Source: Octopus bimaculoides
Taxonomy: Eukaryota
Assembly: GCF_001194135.2 (NCBI RefSeq)
Contig: NC_068990.1
Span: 56,229,154 to 56,293,153 of the forward strand
Length of the DNA stretch: 64,000 nucleotides
Reading direction: 5' to 3'
Below, in pieces: positions 25,749-38,987 of the stretch. The translations under genes and the position numbers were made by a program. The notes under the pieces are model-generated. The model saw nothing but the letters and a program-made list of their open reading frames with translations, ran no database searches and had not been told where the DNA came from. Position 1 is the first letter of the stretch. Each line of letters starts with the position of its first letter.

Positions 25749-27146
25749 CAGCAGAGAGGACGGACGTTTTTTAAAATGGCTATTTCTCAGCCCCAACGGG
25801 AGGGACACATGCCCGACAGGTACCATTCGGTTTGTGGTGTCTTACTATTTTTTTCTTTTCGGGTGAAGCCATGGCGCTCTGGACGATAGAGCATCGAGTG
25901 TTTGCCTACGATAGTTACGTGAAGAATAACGAGTCTGTCGCAAGAGTTCAGCGTCAGTTTCGGCGCCACTTCAACATTCACCGAAATCAGACTGTTCCCA
26001 CCCGTAACATAATCTTACGTTGGGTGAATGCACTTCGTACACAAGGTACATTAATGAACAGAAGATGGTGGGGGCGCCACGAAGGGTACGGACCCCGGAA
26101 AATGTGGAACACGTCAGACAAGCTTTGATACGGAATCCGAATCGCCCTGCTCGGAGGAATTCCACTGAACTTGGCATCGGTAATCGATCGGTAAGCGTAT
26201 TTTGCATGAAAACCTGCATTTCCACCCGTACAAATTGGTCATTGGGCAACAGTTGAAACCATGGGACTATGCACAGCAGTTTAACTCCGCTCGTCAGATG
26301 GAAGCAATTTTTGAGGCAAATGACAACCTCATTTTGTTAATGAGTCATGGAGCTCATTTTCAACTCAGTGGCATGGTGAATCAACAGAACTGTCGTTATT
26401 GGGCTCTTGCAAAATTCGAGAGAACTGCACGAAAGACCACTGCATATCCCAAAAGTGACGGTCTGGTGTGCTGATGGAAAAGCTGTCGTCATTGGTCCTT
26501 ACTGTTTTGAAGACAACAATAGAAATGCTGTTACTGTGAACCCCGAGCATTACATTGAGATGATAAACACCTTCTTTGTGCCTGAATTACGACGAAAACG
26601 TATGCATATTTGGCGTGTGTAGTTTCAGCAGGATGGGGTGACGGCCCACAGAGCCAAAGCATCAATGGACGTTCTTCTCCCTCTCTTCGGTGACCGCCTC
26701 ATCTTTGTTGACATTCCTTGTTGCTGACATTCCTTGTTTGCTAACATTCCTTGGCATCTTCGGTTCCCTGATTTGTCCATGTGTGATTATTTCTTGTGGG
26801 GAAATCACAAGGCAGGCGTGTATACGCATAGACCCGTACATTTGACGATTTGAAAGAAGCTGTTCGCGTAGAAGTCGCCCAGATCGACAAAGTAATGTTG
26901 GAGAGAGTGCCTTCAGAAATGCATCAATTAAAACGGACATCACCTGATGGATGTTGTTTTCCATACTTCATTGCCTTCAGAAATGTATCAACGAAAAGGG
27001 TCATCACAAGATGGATGTTGTTTTCTACACTTGATTTTGACAAATGCTAACTCAATACAAACACACTGATGGTAATAAAATTTCTTTACAGTTAAAATTA
27101 ATGATTTTGTGATTTTTCAAAAATGTGTGTCCTCTGTCCTACCCTG
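25749..27146 (+). mobile_element. Tc1/mariner transposon, near full length, inactive
   Basis: TA at 25747-48 and 27147-48; decayed TIRs (cag..cagagaggacggacgttttt vs rc cagggtaggacagaggacacacattttt); transposase relic inside. Confidence 0.88.
25871..26940 (+). pseudogene. Mariner-type DDD transposase relic
   Basis: MALWTIEHRVFAYDSY...QRQFRRHF (HTH) ...LMSHGAHFQLSGMVNQQNCRYW...KVTVWC...GPYCF...*FQQDGVTAH...PDLSMCDYFLWG. Multiple frameshifts and stops; the first catalytic D is eroded. Confidence 0.88.
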
Positions 27147-28016
27147 TAACACAAATAACTCTCTCATTCATAAGTCCAAGTTTCCTAAACACGCAAACAA
27201 GTGCCTAATTCTTCGGATACCAGTGAGGAACGAATTGTCAGTCACGTTTGAATAGGAAGGCAGTTCCTTATAGGTCGTTGGCGATACATAAGGGACCAAC
27301 TTTCAAGCCATCACTTCAATCTTAGTGAGCAATGACGAATTAGATACGTATTTGCATTTCTCTCAAACTGAGTAATGGTTGTCGAGGCGATAACTGCTAA
27401 CTTACAAATATAAGCTCTATATAACTATTGAATGTTCTTTTCTTTCTACGTCTGCCTATTAAAACGTGCATACGCGGTGCACACACTATTTATGAGACGG
27501 GTATTTAAAAGATTAGCAAGTAGATATGTTAGTAAGCAGAAATTTAACCCAATAGAGCTTACAAACACACACGGGTGCTAATCTTTTGTGTGATCCAGAT
27601 TTTGGCGGAAAATTCACAATTTCTGTACGCCATTGTCTGATGCCAACAAAACGGCTGAGAGAAAATATCTCAGGGAACGCTCTATGTACTAAATACAAAG
27701 GCGCAATATAGTATCACCTATTTAATATATTAGTTTACGAAGCTTTTGATAAATTGAGATTGTTCATGCGAATAGTAGACCACAAATCTCCTTCCAGGAA
27801 TATCGAAATTCTAAAAAAATTGGAAGACAATTTCAGTAAAATTAATTTACCGAAAGCTTGGAACGGTCTTATGAGGTAGCTTCAGAAAAGCTTATTCTAC
27901 ACGGTCTGTACGATCAGCTCAATATTAAAATAAGATCTTACCATATTTGTGCTGCATACCCAGGAACATTTGCTAAAGTATTTTCTTTCAGTTCATATTG
28001 ATGATGATGATGATGA

Positions 28017-28017
<1 letters not shown>

Positions 28018-28075
<58 letters not shown>

Positions 28076-28091
28076 ATCTATCTATCTATCT
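28018..28091. repeat. (TATC)n microsatellite
   Basis: Directly visible. Confidence 0.95.
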
Positions 28092-28333
28092 ACGTATATA
28101 TAACCGGTGTGTGGTACATTCGTACATACATGACGCAAAGATATGCACGAACATACATATATATGCATATATATGTATGTATTTATATGTGTTTGTATAT
28201 ATGTATACATATGTATACAGTCGGGGAGACAATATAACCATTTGTTATTTACATATGAAAGAATTACATTAGGTTCTAAGTTATGTAGTGTTATAAGGTA
28301 TTGAGTATCATTTATTAGCGTGCGATTTGCGAA

Positions 28334-28385
28334 GACATTCTCTCACACATTGACATTCTCTCACACATTGACATTCTCTCACACA
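28334..28385. repeat. 18-bp tandem repeat, about 3 copies (GACATTCTCTCACACATT)
   Basis: Two exact units plus a 16-nt third. Confidence 0.9.
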
Positions 28386-28528
28386 CTCCCGCTTTGGACA
28401 AGTTCTTGTATTATATATTTATGACTTGTCATTTTTACTTAGTAGCTTACTTCTCTTGTTCATTCGAAAGCAATAACTCATTTTATACTTTAGATTTTAG
28501 ATGATGTTAACATAATATACACATGCAT

Positions 28529-28559
<31 letters not shown>

Positions 28560-29009
28560 AACACACGCACATTTATATACAATTACAAATTCAAATTCAC
28601 ATACGCGGTGAAACTACTGTAAAAGTCACTTCAATAACTGAATAGAGCAAATATTTATTTAATGTATTGTTTATAGAGCAGCTTATAGAATTTTGTTATT
28701 TAAAGTTTCACATTGTTAGCGTATCCTAACGAAATTCTTAGGGAATTCACTAAATTTAGATTGTGAGTGATCAGCAGTTTTAACGTTGTATTTTCATATG
28801 ATGGTTATCCTAAAAATTCTCTAAGGATATAAAAATTCATGTTATAAAATTTTGAAAACTGAACTGTAATCAACTCTCAACTGAAATAAAATGTATCCAA
28901 TGTAATCCGAAATGGTAATCTAGGAGGGTCTGAATTGGTAATAAAGGAGATAATTCTGTAAAGGTATAAGCGGCCTCTCCTCATCGGCGCAGGGATTAAT
29001 ATACTGATT

Positions 29010-29528
29010 TCAATTTTTTGCACAAACCCTGCAATTTCAGGGGGAGAGGTAAGTCGATAAGATAGACTCCAGTGCTCAACTGGTACTTATATAGACCCGA
29101 AAGGATGAAAAGCAAAGTCGACCTCAGCGGAAGTTGAACTTAGAAGTAATAACGGGCGAAATGTCACGAACGATTTTGCCTTCATAGGAATTAATATATT
29201 AAAAGGTATCATTATTATAACAACATTGTTGTTGTTGGCACTCCGTCGCTTACGACGTCGAGGGTTCCAGTTGATCCGATCAACGGAACAGCCTGCTCGT
29301 GAAATTAACGTGTAAGTGGCTGAGCACTCCACAGACACGTGTACCCTTAACGTAGTTCTCGGGGATATTCAGCGTGACACAGAGTGTGACAAGGCTGACC
29401 CTTTGAATTACAAGTTCAACAGAATCAGGAAGAAAGAATGAGAGAAAGTTGTGGTGGAAGAGTACAGCAGGGTTCGCCACCATCCCCTGCCAGAGCCTCG
29501 TGGAGCTTTAGGTGTTTTCGCTCAATAA
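29010..29528 (-). mobile_element. SINE family A (29010-29190) and SINE family B (29225-29528, cut by a gap)
   Basis: Both match their family sequences elsewhere in the window. Confidence 0.85.
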
Positions 29529-29934
29529 NNNNNNNNNNNNNNNNNNNNNNNNNNNNNNNNNNNNNNNNNNNNNNNNNNNNNNNNNNNNNNNNNNNNNNNN
29601 NNNNNNNNNNNNNNNNNNNNNNNNNNNNNNNNNNNNNNNNNNNNNNNNNNNNNNNNNNNNNNNNNNNNNNNNNNNNNNNNNNNNNNNNNNNNNNNNNNNN
29701 NNNNNNNNNNNNNNNNNNNNNNNNNNNNNNNNNNNNNNNNNNNNNNNNNNNNNNNNNNNNNNNNNNNNNNNNNNNNNNNNNNNNNNNNNNNNNNNNNNNA
29801 TATATATATATATATATACCTATATATGTGTGTATGCATAATATATTATTTCTATCATGTCGCCTAACCAGTTCATTTTCTTCCTGTTCTCGTGGAAACC
29901 CTCTCATGCTTTATTTTCTTCTTTCTTCCTCATC

Positions 29935-30030
29935 CAGATCATCATCGCCGCCACCACCATCATCGTATTCGTCGTCATTATCGTCACCACCACCACCACC
30001 ACCACAATCATCATCATCATCACCATTCTC
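29935..30030. repeat. (ATC/CAC/GTC)n trinucleotide low-complexity tract
   Basis: Directly visible. Confidence 0.85.
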
Positions 30031-32149
30031 ATCTTGTTTCTCATCGTAACAGCACTGGTTCCCTGTTGTCAAAGAATGCTTTCTGAATTGATGCGGAAAG
30101 ATTTTCAAGGTATTGCTTTCTTTTGAAGTGTAAATAAAGTAGACAACTCTGATTGAATTTCTGACAGCAAACTGCGTGAAGTTGCCTGCAGCCGTTCTCT
30201 TATGCATCTCGCAATGTTGATTAACTGGTTGGTGTTAATGAAAAGTGCAATTTGTATGCTTCATGAGCCTAATATAGCCCCCACTGCTAAAAATCTGCTA
30301 ATTCTCATTCAAGCATAATTCTCCAAGATTTGTCACTAGTAAACGAAGGACTAGTAAATAAATAATTTCAAACGAAGACTATTTGAGATATATTTCGGTA
30401 TGTCACCTTTCAGCTAAAGGGACAGACATTAAAGTAAACTATGAAATGACATGGTTTTTAAAGAAATGCTTAGATGAAACAAAAAAAAAATGCTTAGCAC
30501 TATAAACTATGTACATAAATACAAAAGAAGTCATTAATGAAGTGAAGAATTACACAGATAAGTCGAAATATTCAATATACAAATACATTTAAGACTTGAC
30601 TTGCATGTGGAAGTCTGTAACTCTTGAAAAAATACGCGTTTCATAAATGGCGAATTTTTCTTAGGCTTCATTCAGTTTTAGAGAAATTGGATCCGTGATC
30701 GCTTTATTTACATCTTGTGTGTATGTGTGCATACATGTATGTATGAGTATATATNNNNNNNNNNNNNNNNNNNNNNNNNNNNNNNNNNNNNNNNNNNNNN
30801 NNNNNNNNNNNNNNNNNNNNNNNNNNNNNNNNNNNNNNNNNNNNNNNNNNNNNNNNNNNNNNNNNNNNNNNNNNNNNNNNNNNNNNNNNNNNNNNNNNNN
30901 NNNNNNNNNNNNNNNNNNNNNNNNNNNNNNNNNNNNNNNNNNNNNNNNNNNNNNNNNNNNNNNNNNNNNNNNNNNNNNNNNNNNNNNNNNNNNNNNNNNN
31001 NNNNNNNNNNNNNNNNNNNNNNNNNNNNNNNNNNNNNNNNNNNNNNNNNNNNNNNNNNNNNNNNNNNNNNNNNNNNNNNNNNNNNNNNNNNNNNNNNNNN
31101 NNNNNNNNNNNNNNNNNNNNNNNNNNNNNNNNNNNNNNNNNNNNNNNNNNNNNNNNNNNNNNNNNNNNNNNNNNNNNNNNNNNNNNNNNNNNNNNNNNNN
31201 NNNNNNNNNNNNNNNNNNNNNNNNNNNNNNNNNNNNNNNNNNNNNNNNNNNNNNNNNNNNNNNNNNNNNNNNNNNNNNNNNNNNNNNNNNNNNNNNNNNN
31301 NNNNNNNNNNNNNNNNNNNNNNNNNNNNNNNNNNNNNNNNNNNNNNNNNNNNNNNNNNNNNNNNNNNNNNNNNNNNNNNNNNNNNNNNNNNNNNNNNNNN
31401 NNNNNNNNNNNNNNNNNNNNNNNNNNNNNNNNNNNNNNNNNNNNNNNNNNNNNNNNNNNNNNNNNNNNNNNNNNNNNNNNNNNNNNNNNNNNNNNNNNNN
31501 NNNNNNNNNNNNNNNNNNNNNNNNNNNNNNNNNNNNNNNNNNNNNNNNNNNNNNNNNNNNNNNNNNNNNNATATGCATATACATATGTGTGTGTGTGTGT
31601 GTGTATGTGTTTCAAAATTTGGCCTAAAGCCAGTCATTTCGGAGAAGTAGGTAAGTCGATTACATCAACCGCATTGCTCAACTGGAACTATTTTATCGAC
31701 CTCGGAAAAAAAAAGAAGAAAAGGCAAAGTCAACCTCGGTGGAAATTGAAATCAGAAAATAAAGTGGGACAAAAAGTCTATTAGAAATTTTACCTCATGT
31801 AGTAACGATTCATCCAGCTCACTGCTTTGTACATAGCTTAATATACACAGAGTTACGAAAAGAGCTTCGAACAGTTTCATGTTGTAGAGATACAATAACT
31901 TGGCAGGTTTATATTTCATGTAATGTGTTGTCAAGTAATCTTTCAAGCTCAGTGCATAGCGCTAGAAATATGTTATATACCGCTTTATATAACATATTAT
32001 CGAATTCTGCCAAATTATCGTATATTTACAGCATGAAATTATCTATAACTGTTTTTTTAAAACGATGTATATTTATCGATATTCATCTCTCACTGGATGG
32101 AGTACTTTTTCGTTGAGCTTACCCATAATGGTACAATAATAATATATAT

Positions 32150-32289
32150 GTGAGGTGCGTGTGTGTGTGTGTGTTTGTGTGTATATTACATATATATAAA
32201 TATATGAATATACCTATCTATATATATATATTATATATATATATATATATATTTATGCATATATTAATATATATATCTATATATATTAC

Positions 32290-32321
<32 letters not shown>

Positions 32322-32390
32322 GTATATATCTATATATATGTATGTATATATATGTGTATATATATATATGTGTGTGTATATATATGTGTA

Positions 32391-32424
<34 letters not shown>

Positions 32425-32697
32425 TGCACATATATATACACACACATATATATATACACACATATATATACATACATATATATAGATATATACATATATA
32501 TNNNNNNNNNNNNNNNNNNNNNNNNNNNNNNNNNNNNNNNNNNNNNNNNNNNNNNNNNNNNNNNNNNNNNNNNNNNNNNNNNNNNNNNNNNNNNNNNNNN
32601 NNNNNNNNNNNNNNNNNNNNNNNNNNNNNNNNNNNNNNNNNNNNNNNNNNNNNNNNNNNNNNNNNNNNNNNNNNNNNNNNNNNNNNNNNNNNNNNNN
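32150..32697. repeat. Complex (TA)/(CA)/(TG) microsatellite ending in an N-gap
   Basis: Directly visible. Confidence 0.95.
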
Positions 32698-34894
32698 AGT
32701 AAATATCATAAGATAATGATAATAAAACGACTCCACGTGTTTCATAACCAATTTTCAAATAGAAAGAAAATTTAATTCGATTAAAACTATCGAAAATCAA
32801 TTCTATTCAAAAATATAGCTAATCTTCAGGTCAAAATACAACAATAATAATAATAAAAGAATGTATATATCAACCAACAATAAATAACAAACGAATGTAT
32901 ATAAAATACTTATATTAAGATAGAAAAATATTATTAAAAATATCAAAATTATAAACATTCCATAATCAACCCTACGTCCATTATAATATAAGCTAACAGG
33001 AATATTATATGCAAAAACCAACTTTAACGAATTACATATATATGAATATTCACATGCATATATGGGTAAAGTACGTCATAGAACGTAAACAACATGAATT
33101 ACAAAAACAAATTGATATACGAAACACGCGAACACAGAATACGAACTTTTTTTGCGAACAACGAAAGAAACAAATGGAAAACAAGACGAGCAACATAAAA
33201 AAACGGCGCTCCGTCAGTTATCGGCTGCGTTATCTACTCCATATTTCGAGCATGTACGACACATGCACACATACATGTGGCAATTAGGGAGCAAGAAATG
33301 AATGTATGATATCACACAGTTTATATATATGTATTAAATGACTGATTAATTCATTGTATTAAAGAAAATGTTTTAAGATTTCTCTATTATAATATGGAGT
33401 AATAATCTCTCCCTTGTAATGAGAAGGTGGTTTTGGCAAAGTATTCTGACGTAGAATTAAATAATAATAATGATAATAATACTGTGTGCCTGTGCTTATT
33501 AAATGTCTATTTGACTTTGCTCAAATATAACAGTAAATATAAAAATAATGTAAATAATCGGACGGTACAATGGTTAAGGGGATAGAAAGAGAGGAGAGAG
33601 AAACAGAGAGAGAGAGAGGGGGGCAGCGAGAAAGTGAGAGAGAGGAAGAGAGAGAGAGAGAGAGAGAGATTGTGAGGTAGAATTTGGGAAGATGATATTA
33701 TAGACATGTGAAGGAAGACCTTATACTACGGGAAGGGTGTTCATGGCGTTGATAGAGTTGTCTTTGCGTACAGAATTCCCGTTTACACACTGCATATATG
33801 TAACATACTTTCATTTAGTTTCTTCCTTATCCAATGTTTCCCTATGTCAAATGATACTGACTGTAGAGTGCTAAAGCGATTATATTGACTTTCTAAATGG
33901 GTTCCGTCTGCTATTTGTATATCTGAAATACTGTAAACGGTAGAGAATTACAGTATTCGAAATTACAACAAAATAGTCATACGAATTACACGAACGGCAA
34001 AAGGAGAGAAAGAGACATAGATTGGATAGAGAGAAATAAAGAAAGAAACGAAGAGAAAGAGCGATGGAGGGAAAGAGAAAGCAAAGAAAAGAAGAAAGTG
34101 ACTGATAATGAAAGTAAGCAAGGGAAAGGGTGGAACGTAGAGAAAGAAAAAGAGTTAGAGGTGGGAGGTAAAGTGGTATTAGATAATTCCTTAAGTTAAA
34201 TTGACATGTCAATAAATTAAAATGACATATCGTACAATACACCAAGACCAGTACGATTAATTATATTAATATGTTCTACGATATATTAAATTCTTGACGT
34301 CATCTATAATATACTTAATTAATATCGTATGCAATTTCCTAAACTGATCTATTGTGTAATATGCCACACACACAGCTCTTTAGTATGAGGCGTCTGCCTC
34401 TTCATGTACAGTATGTTCAGACACTGGTGCGTTGGTGCGGTATCAACTGCGAAACTTTCTTTCTTTAAACTTATATATAGGGATAATGAAAGCTCCCATG
34501 TCAAACCAGATATATTTTCAGGGGCGAAGAATGTGCAAAAGTGGAACCACTAAACTATAAACGGTGTTGATGTAATTACTAATCTGAGGTATTTACTGAT
34601 TTAGAGTCATTACTTAAAATCTTCTATAGCGGTTTGCGCTGACGCTACGTTGAGCTCTAAAACGATTTCGATTCGTGCTTGCAGCTTTTTCACATTGTAC
34701 CTATCTATGACAACAATGTCCGTATTATTTCATTTTGTCTTTTTTTTTTGTATATGGTAGCGTGTTATTAAGATGGTGAATTGTAGATACCTTGCTCCAT
34801 GAATTTCCGTTCTCTGAGTTCAAATCCTGCTGAAGTCGTTTTTGACTTTCTGCGATCGATATATAAAATACTAGTTAAGTGCGAGGTCGATTCT

Positions 34895-35036
34895 GTCTGT
34901 CTCTCTCACTTGCTCTCTCTCTCACTTGCTCTCTCTCTCTCTCACTTGCTCTCTCTCCTCTCACTTGCTCTCTCTCTCTCTCTCTCTCTCTCCTCTCACT
35001 TGCTCTCTCGCTCTCTCTATCTCTCTCTCTCTCTCT
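34895..35036. repeat. (CT)n tract interrupted five times by CACTTG
   Basis: CACTTG at about 34907, 34923, 34943, 34962 and 34997. Confidence 0.9.
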
Positions 35037-35599
35037 TATGGAATTGGCTGCATTGCACTGTGTGACGGATAGTTCGGGAGGACCCACTCACAGAGTACAC
35101 ACGTCCATTTCTCCAGAAATAGATAAGTGTTGAGAGAAGTAGTAACGTCTCCTCATGAAAAACAAACAATAATATGCTGGATATGAAGCACAACACCTCG
35201 GCGGAAATCAAGAAGAGGTTTTATTTGAGAAAGATTTTACTGTTATTTCTAGCGACTCACATTCGCTCAGTTGATTAATATTTATTTCTAACACAGGTAC
35301 ACGGCCGTACATTTTTAGTAGGGCATATTCTATGCAGATCAATCCCCAGTTTCTGATTCCTACTTCATTTGATCAATTTCGGTAGGCTGACGAGGCAGTG
35401 TTAACTTCAGCGGAATTGGAACTCAGAACGTGAATTTTGATATAGCAAAATACTTCAAGGTATTTTACCAACGCTCGACACGTTTTGTATTTCTTTGCTG
35501 TGTCGTAGCAATATTAGATTCTAGTTTAGGCACAAGGACACAGATTTTATTCCGAAATGTTGAGTAAATATTAAAGACCCCCTAATTGGTCAACAAACT

Positions 35600-35728
35600 A
35601 TAGTGTTATCTATCACACGATAGTGTAGGAAATATAGTGTTATCTATCACACGATAGTGTAGGAAATATATTTCTGTCATTTGTATGTTAAAATCTTATT
35701 CTGTCATTTGTATGTTAAAATCTTATTC
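35600..35728. repeat. Two adjacent tandem duplications (34 bp x2 at 35600-35667; 27 bp x2 at 35672-35725)
   Basis: ATAGTGTTATCTATCACACGATAGTGTAGGAAAT x2; TTCTGTCATTTGTATGTTAAAATCTTA x2. Confidence 0.92.
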
Positions 35729-36338
35729 GGATCTTTTTTAAAACGGGGGCCACATTTTTCATTAACGAAACACTTTGAAACTTGGAACACTGGTAGAATG
35801 TGTCATATAAAACATCTTTTTCTCTTAGTCTTCTTTAAAAAAAAAGAAATCCATAAATTATTCCATGTTAAAGTTGTCGTATTTCTGTAATTTCAACCAA
35901 TCACTGACGTCCATTCAGCCGATATACATTAAGTGCCGACTACATAAACAAACGATTCTGAAACAATTAACCCTAACCCTAACCCTAACTCTAACCCTAA
36001 CCCTAACCCTAACCCTAGGGTTAGGGTTAGGGTTAGGGTTAGGGTTAAAGCAAATTTAAAATGAAAAAAGCAAATAAAACGAAGGTATGGAGATTAAATA
36101 CGCTTTACATCGCTTAATGAGCCAAAGGAGTAAATGTAAACAACTGAATACTTGTCAGTGAATGGTTGAAATTATCGAAATAAGACAATTTTTTACATGA
36201 AATAAATTCGAATACAAAAGTATTTTTCTGTTCTATAACACAAAATAGATAAGTATACGAAGTTTGAAAGTGTTTCGGTACCAAAAACACTACGTAAAAC
36301 ATTAATGAAAAATGTGGCCCCCGTTTTAAAAAAGATCC
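35729..36338. mobile_element. Non-autonomous foldback DNA transposon (Merlin- or MULE-like) with 8-bp TSD
   Basis: Perfect 37-bp TIR GGATCTTTTTTAAAACGGGGGCCACATTTTTCATTAA with patchy inverted homology for about 200 bp beyond it; exact TSD TCTTATTC at 35721-28 and 36339-46. The superfamily is inferred from GG termini plus the 8-bp TSD. Confidence 0.88.
35967..36048. repeat. Inverted telomeric-type repeat (CCCTAA)7-CCCTAGGG-(TTAGGG)4, bounded by TTAA
   Basis: Read directly; one CTCTAA variant; no spacer at the symmetry axis 36016/36017. Confidence 0.97.
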
Positions 36339-36719
36339 TCTTATTCTGTGACATAAATGTAATAGCCATAATTTTACTAGTTGCAAATTTCATATTGTTT
36401 ATACCAAATAATGAAATGAAGAGTTACTCATTTTGATACTGGTAATAAATATTATCAACAGCAAAATACTATTTTTACTACCATTTAATTACATAAGTAA
36501 ATTATTGACTCACTCTATATAATGTGGTGTGACATTTTTAGCGTGACCAAACGTGCATTGTTAGCATTGATAATTATTTTGACGAATATGGATTTATAAA
36601 AATCTAACTCTATGTTTGTTTGAACTCAGATCATAACTGGACAAAACAGATATTAGAAATGATTTTATCTAATACTTGGACCATCACTCACAATTTAACA
36701 ATCTTATTTATTAAAGGTA

Positions 36720-37900
36720 CTAGGTAGGTTTGTGGGGACAGGATTAGTCGATTACATCGACCCCTCTGTAACTGGTACTAATTTCATCGACCCCTAAAGG
36801 ATGAAAGGCAAAGTCGACTTCGGCGCAGATTTGAACACAGAACGTAAAGACGGACGAGACGCTGCTAAGCATTTTGACCGACATGCAAACGATTCTTCCA
36901 GCTCACCTCTAGCGCATGAATATTTCCGACCATTTAGTAGGCGTAGCATTCGTAGTTTTGTGTGTTATTCTCCATTCCGTGTAATATATCTGACAGAAAC
37001 GTTCGCGTTTTTAATCGTGCTCTACACATCTCTACAGATGTAGCTAGAGTCCATATCCTATCGGTGGTTCTGTGATACTTTGATATTTAATTTCCACGGG
37101 TGCCACGAATTTATATTTCCTTAAAAATTGCATCTCTTTACCATTGTAGTGCTCTTTTTATTGCGGTTGAATCTCTGTCAGCATTACTTGAGCAGACCTA
37201 TGATAAAAAAGTTCCATCGATGGCTATTTTATCGCACTGTTGGCATTGTACATCGTTACTGGCATTGTGCATCTAGATCTGCGTTATACAAAATGATCAC
37301 TTTTTCTCATCTGAGTGGGATATGTATAATCTTAGGGAAATTTGGTTGTTATTATTAGCGTGTGAAGTAACAAACGTAGACATTTTTATCGTTGTTTTTT
37401 TGTTTTTGTTTCTTCTTATAATGGTATTCCAGATTATCTCATTCAGTTTAATCGCAACAAAGATAGTGGATAAGCAGAATCGTTAGAATCTCGGACAAAT
37501 ACGTTGTGGTATTTGTACTGAGTCGCTACGTTTTGAGTTCAAAATCTCTTCTGGGGTCTACAAAATAAAACAAATGTCAATTACTGAGTTCCATTTAATC
37601 GATTAAACCTCCAACCAAATCGCTGGTCTTGTGCCTAAATTAGAAAGAATTTGATCACAGCATTACAAAGCATCAAAGCAAGGCGGTGAGCTGGTACAAT
37701 CATTAGTATGCTGGATGCAATTCTTAAAGTTGTTTCATCTCTCTCCGTGTTCTGAGTTTAAATTCCACCGAAGTCGACCTTGTCTATCATCCTTTCAGGG
37801 ACAACGAAATGAGTACATGTTGAACATTGGGCTCGATGTAATCGACTATTCCCCTTTCTCAAAATTTCAGGCCCTCTTCTTACCACTGAAAAGATTATAA
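36720..37900. mobile_element. SINE family A copies (36720-36910 minus, 37470-37650 plus, 37680-37900 plus)
   Basis: Family A motifs are recognisable and moderately decayed. Confidence 0.7.
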
Positions 37901-38774
37901 AATATCAAAGCACTCATTCGCTTCCAGATAGTTCTGTGCTTCGCTACAAAGTCTTTTTAACTTCCGCTTCTTTCGTCTCTGCTTTTCTTTCTCTCCTGTC
38001 TTTCCTCGCATATGCCACAACTATCTATGTGCCAGGATAGTTCATTACCAGCGAGAAGACACGAACTTGAAACTCTTTTGTTGATATATATAGGCAACTC
38101 ATTAGTCCACGCGATTGTTGCAACGACTCATCTCGTACACATTATAATTCAGTTAGTGATAATCGAATAATCTAAAATGAATATTCAACATGGCAATGTA
38201 ATATCGATATCTTTTAGAATTCAGTAAATTACGTAATATAATACAGCAGATCTTTGATAAACCTGCAGCTGACATCCAAGCACTACCAACAACATTAGTA
38301 CATTTTATATTAATGTATCAGATCAAGCAACTTCATAAGAACTTTAAGAGATGATGATAGTTTTTGGATGTTAATGTCTTAATGAATTAATGTATTGCAT
38401 TATCCTTTGATTGCGATTGGCGTCGTTTCGATCCCCACTTAGTAATCATTTCACCCACGCCTCGTGAGATTCATTATATTTGATATGTGAGAAACTATGG
38501 AATGGAAACTTAGTATGCAGAACATTCCCTTAGCCTTATCATTTTGAAAGGTTTCGATTCTCTCGGCTTCCCATTTTCATTTTTCTCTTCACCTAATAAA
38601 GACTGTATACGCTAATAAGCAAGTAGCTGTTCGTACTTTGGCGCTTGGTCAATACCTACAATTATGTCCGCTTAGGTGAGTAGGCAGCGATATTCTTATA
38701 ATCATTTATATTTTGTTTCACCCGTTGCACTGCAGCTATGCCTGTGCACAGCAGAAACTCAAGTAATTGTGTTT

Positions 38775-38865
38775 TGTTTAAACCTGGTACTCATTCTTTC
38801 GGTTTATTTTTACTGAACTGCTTTATGGGGATATAGACAAATCAATGTTAGCTGTCAAAAGATGG

Positions 38866-38941
<76 letters not shown>

Positions 38942-38948
38942 GTGTGTG

Positions 38949-38987
<39 letters not shown>

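Noticed and set aside
28334-28385. CRISPR-like array (also the 16-mer array at 10256)
   Set aside because: Units are contiguous with no unique spacers, and the context is eukaryotic.
35967-36048. Ancient telomere-telomere fusion site
   Set aside because: Fusions read (TTAGGG)n then (CCCTAA)n; here the order is reversed and the array lies inside a TSD-flanked element.
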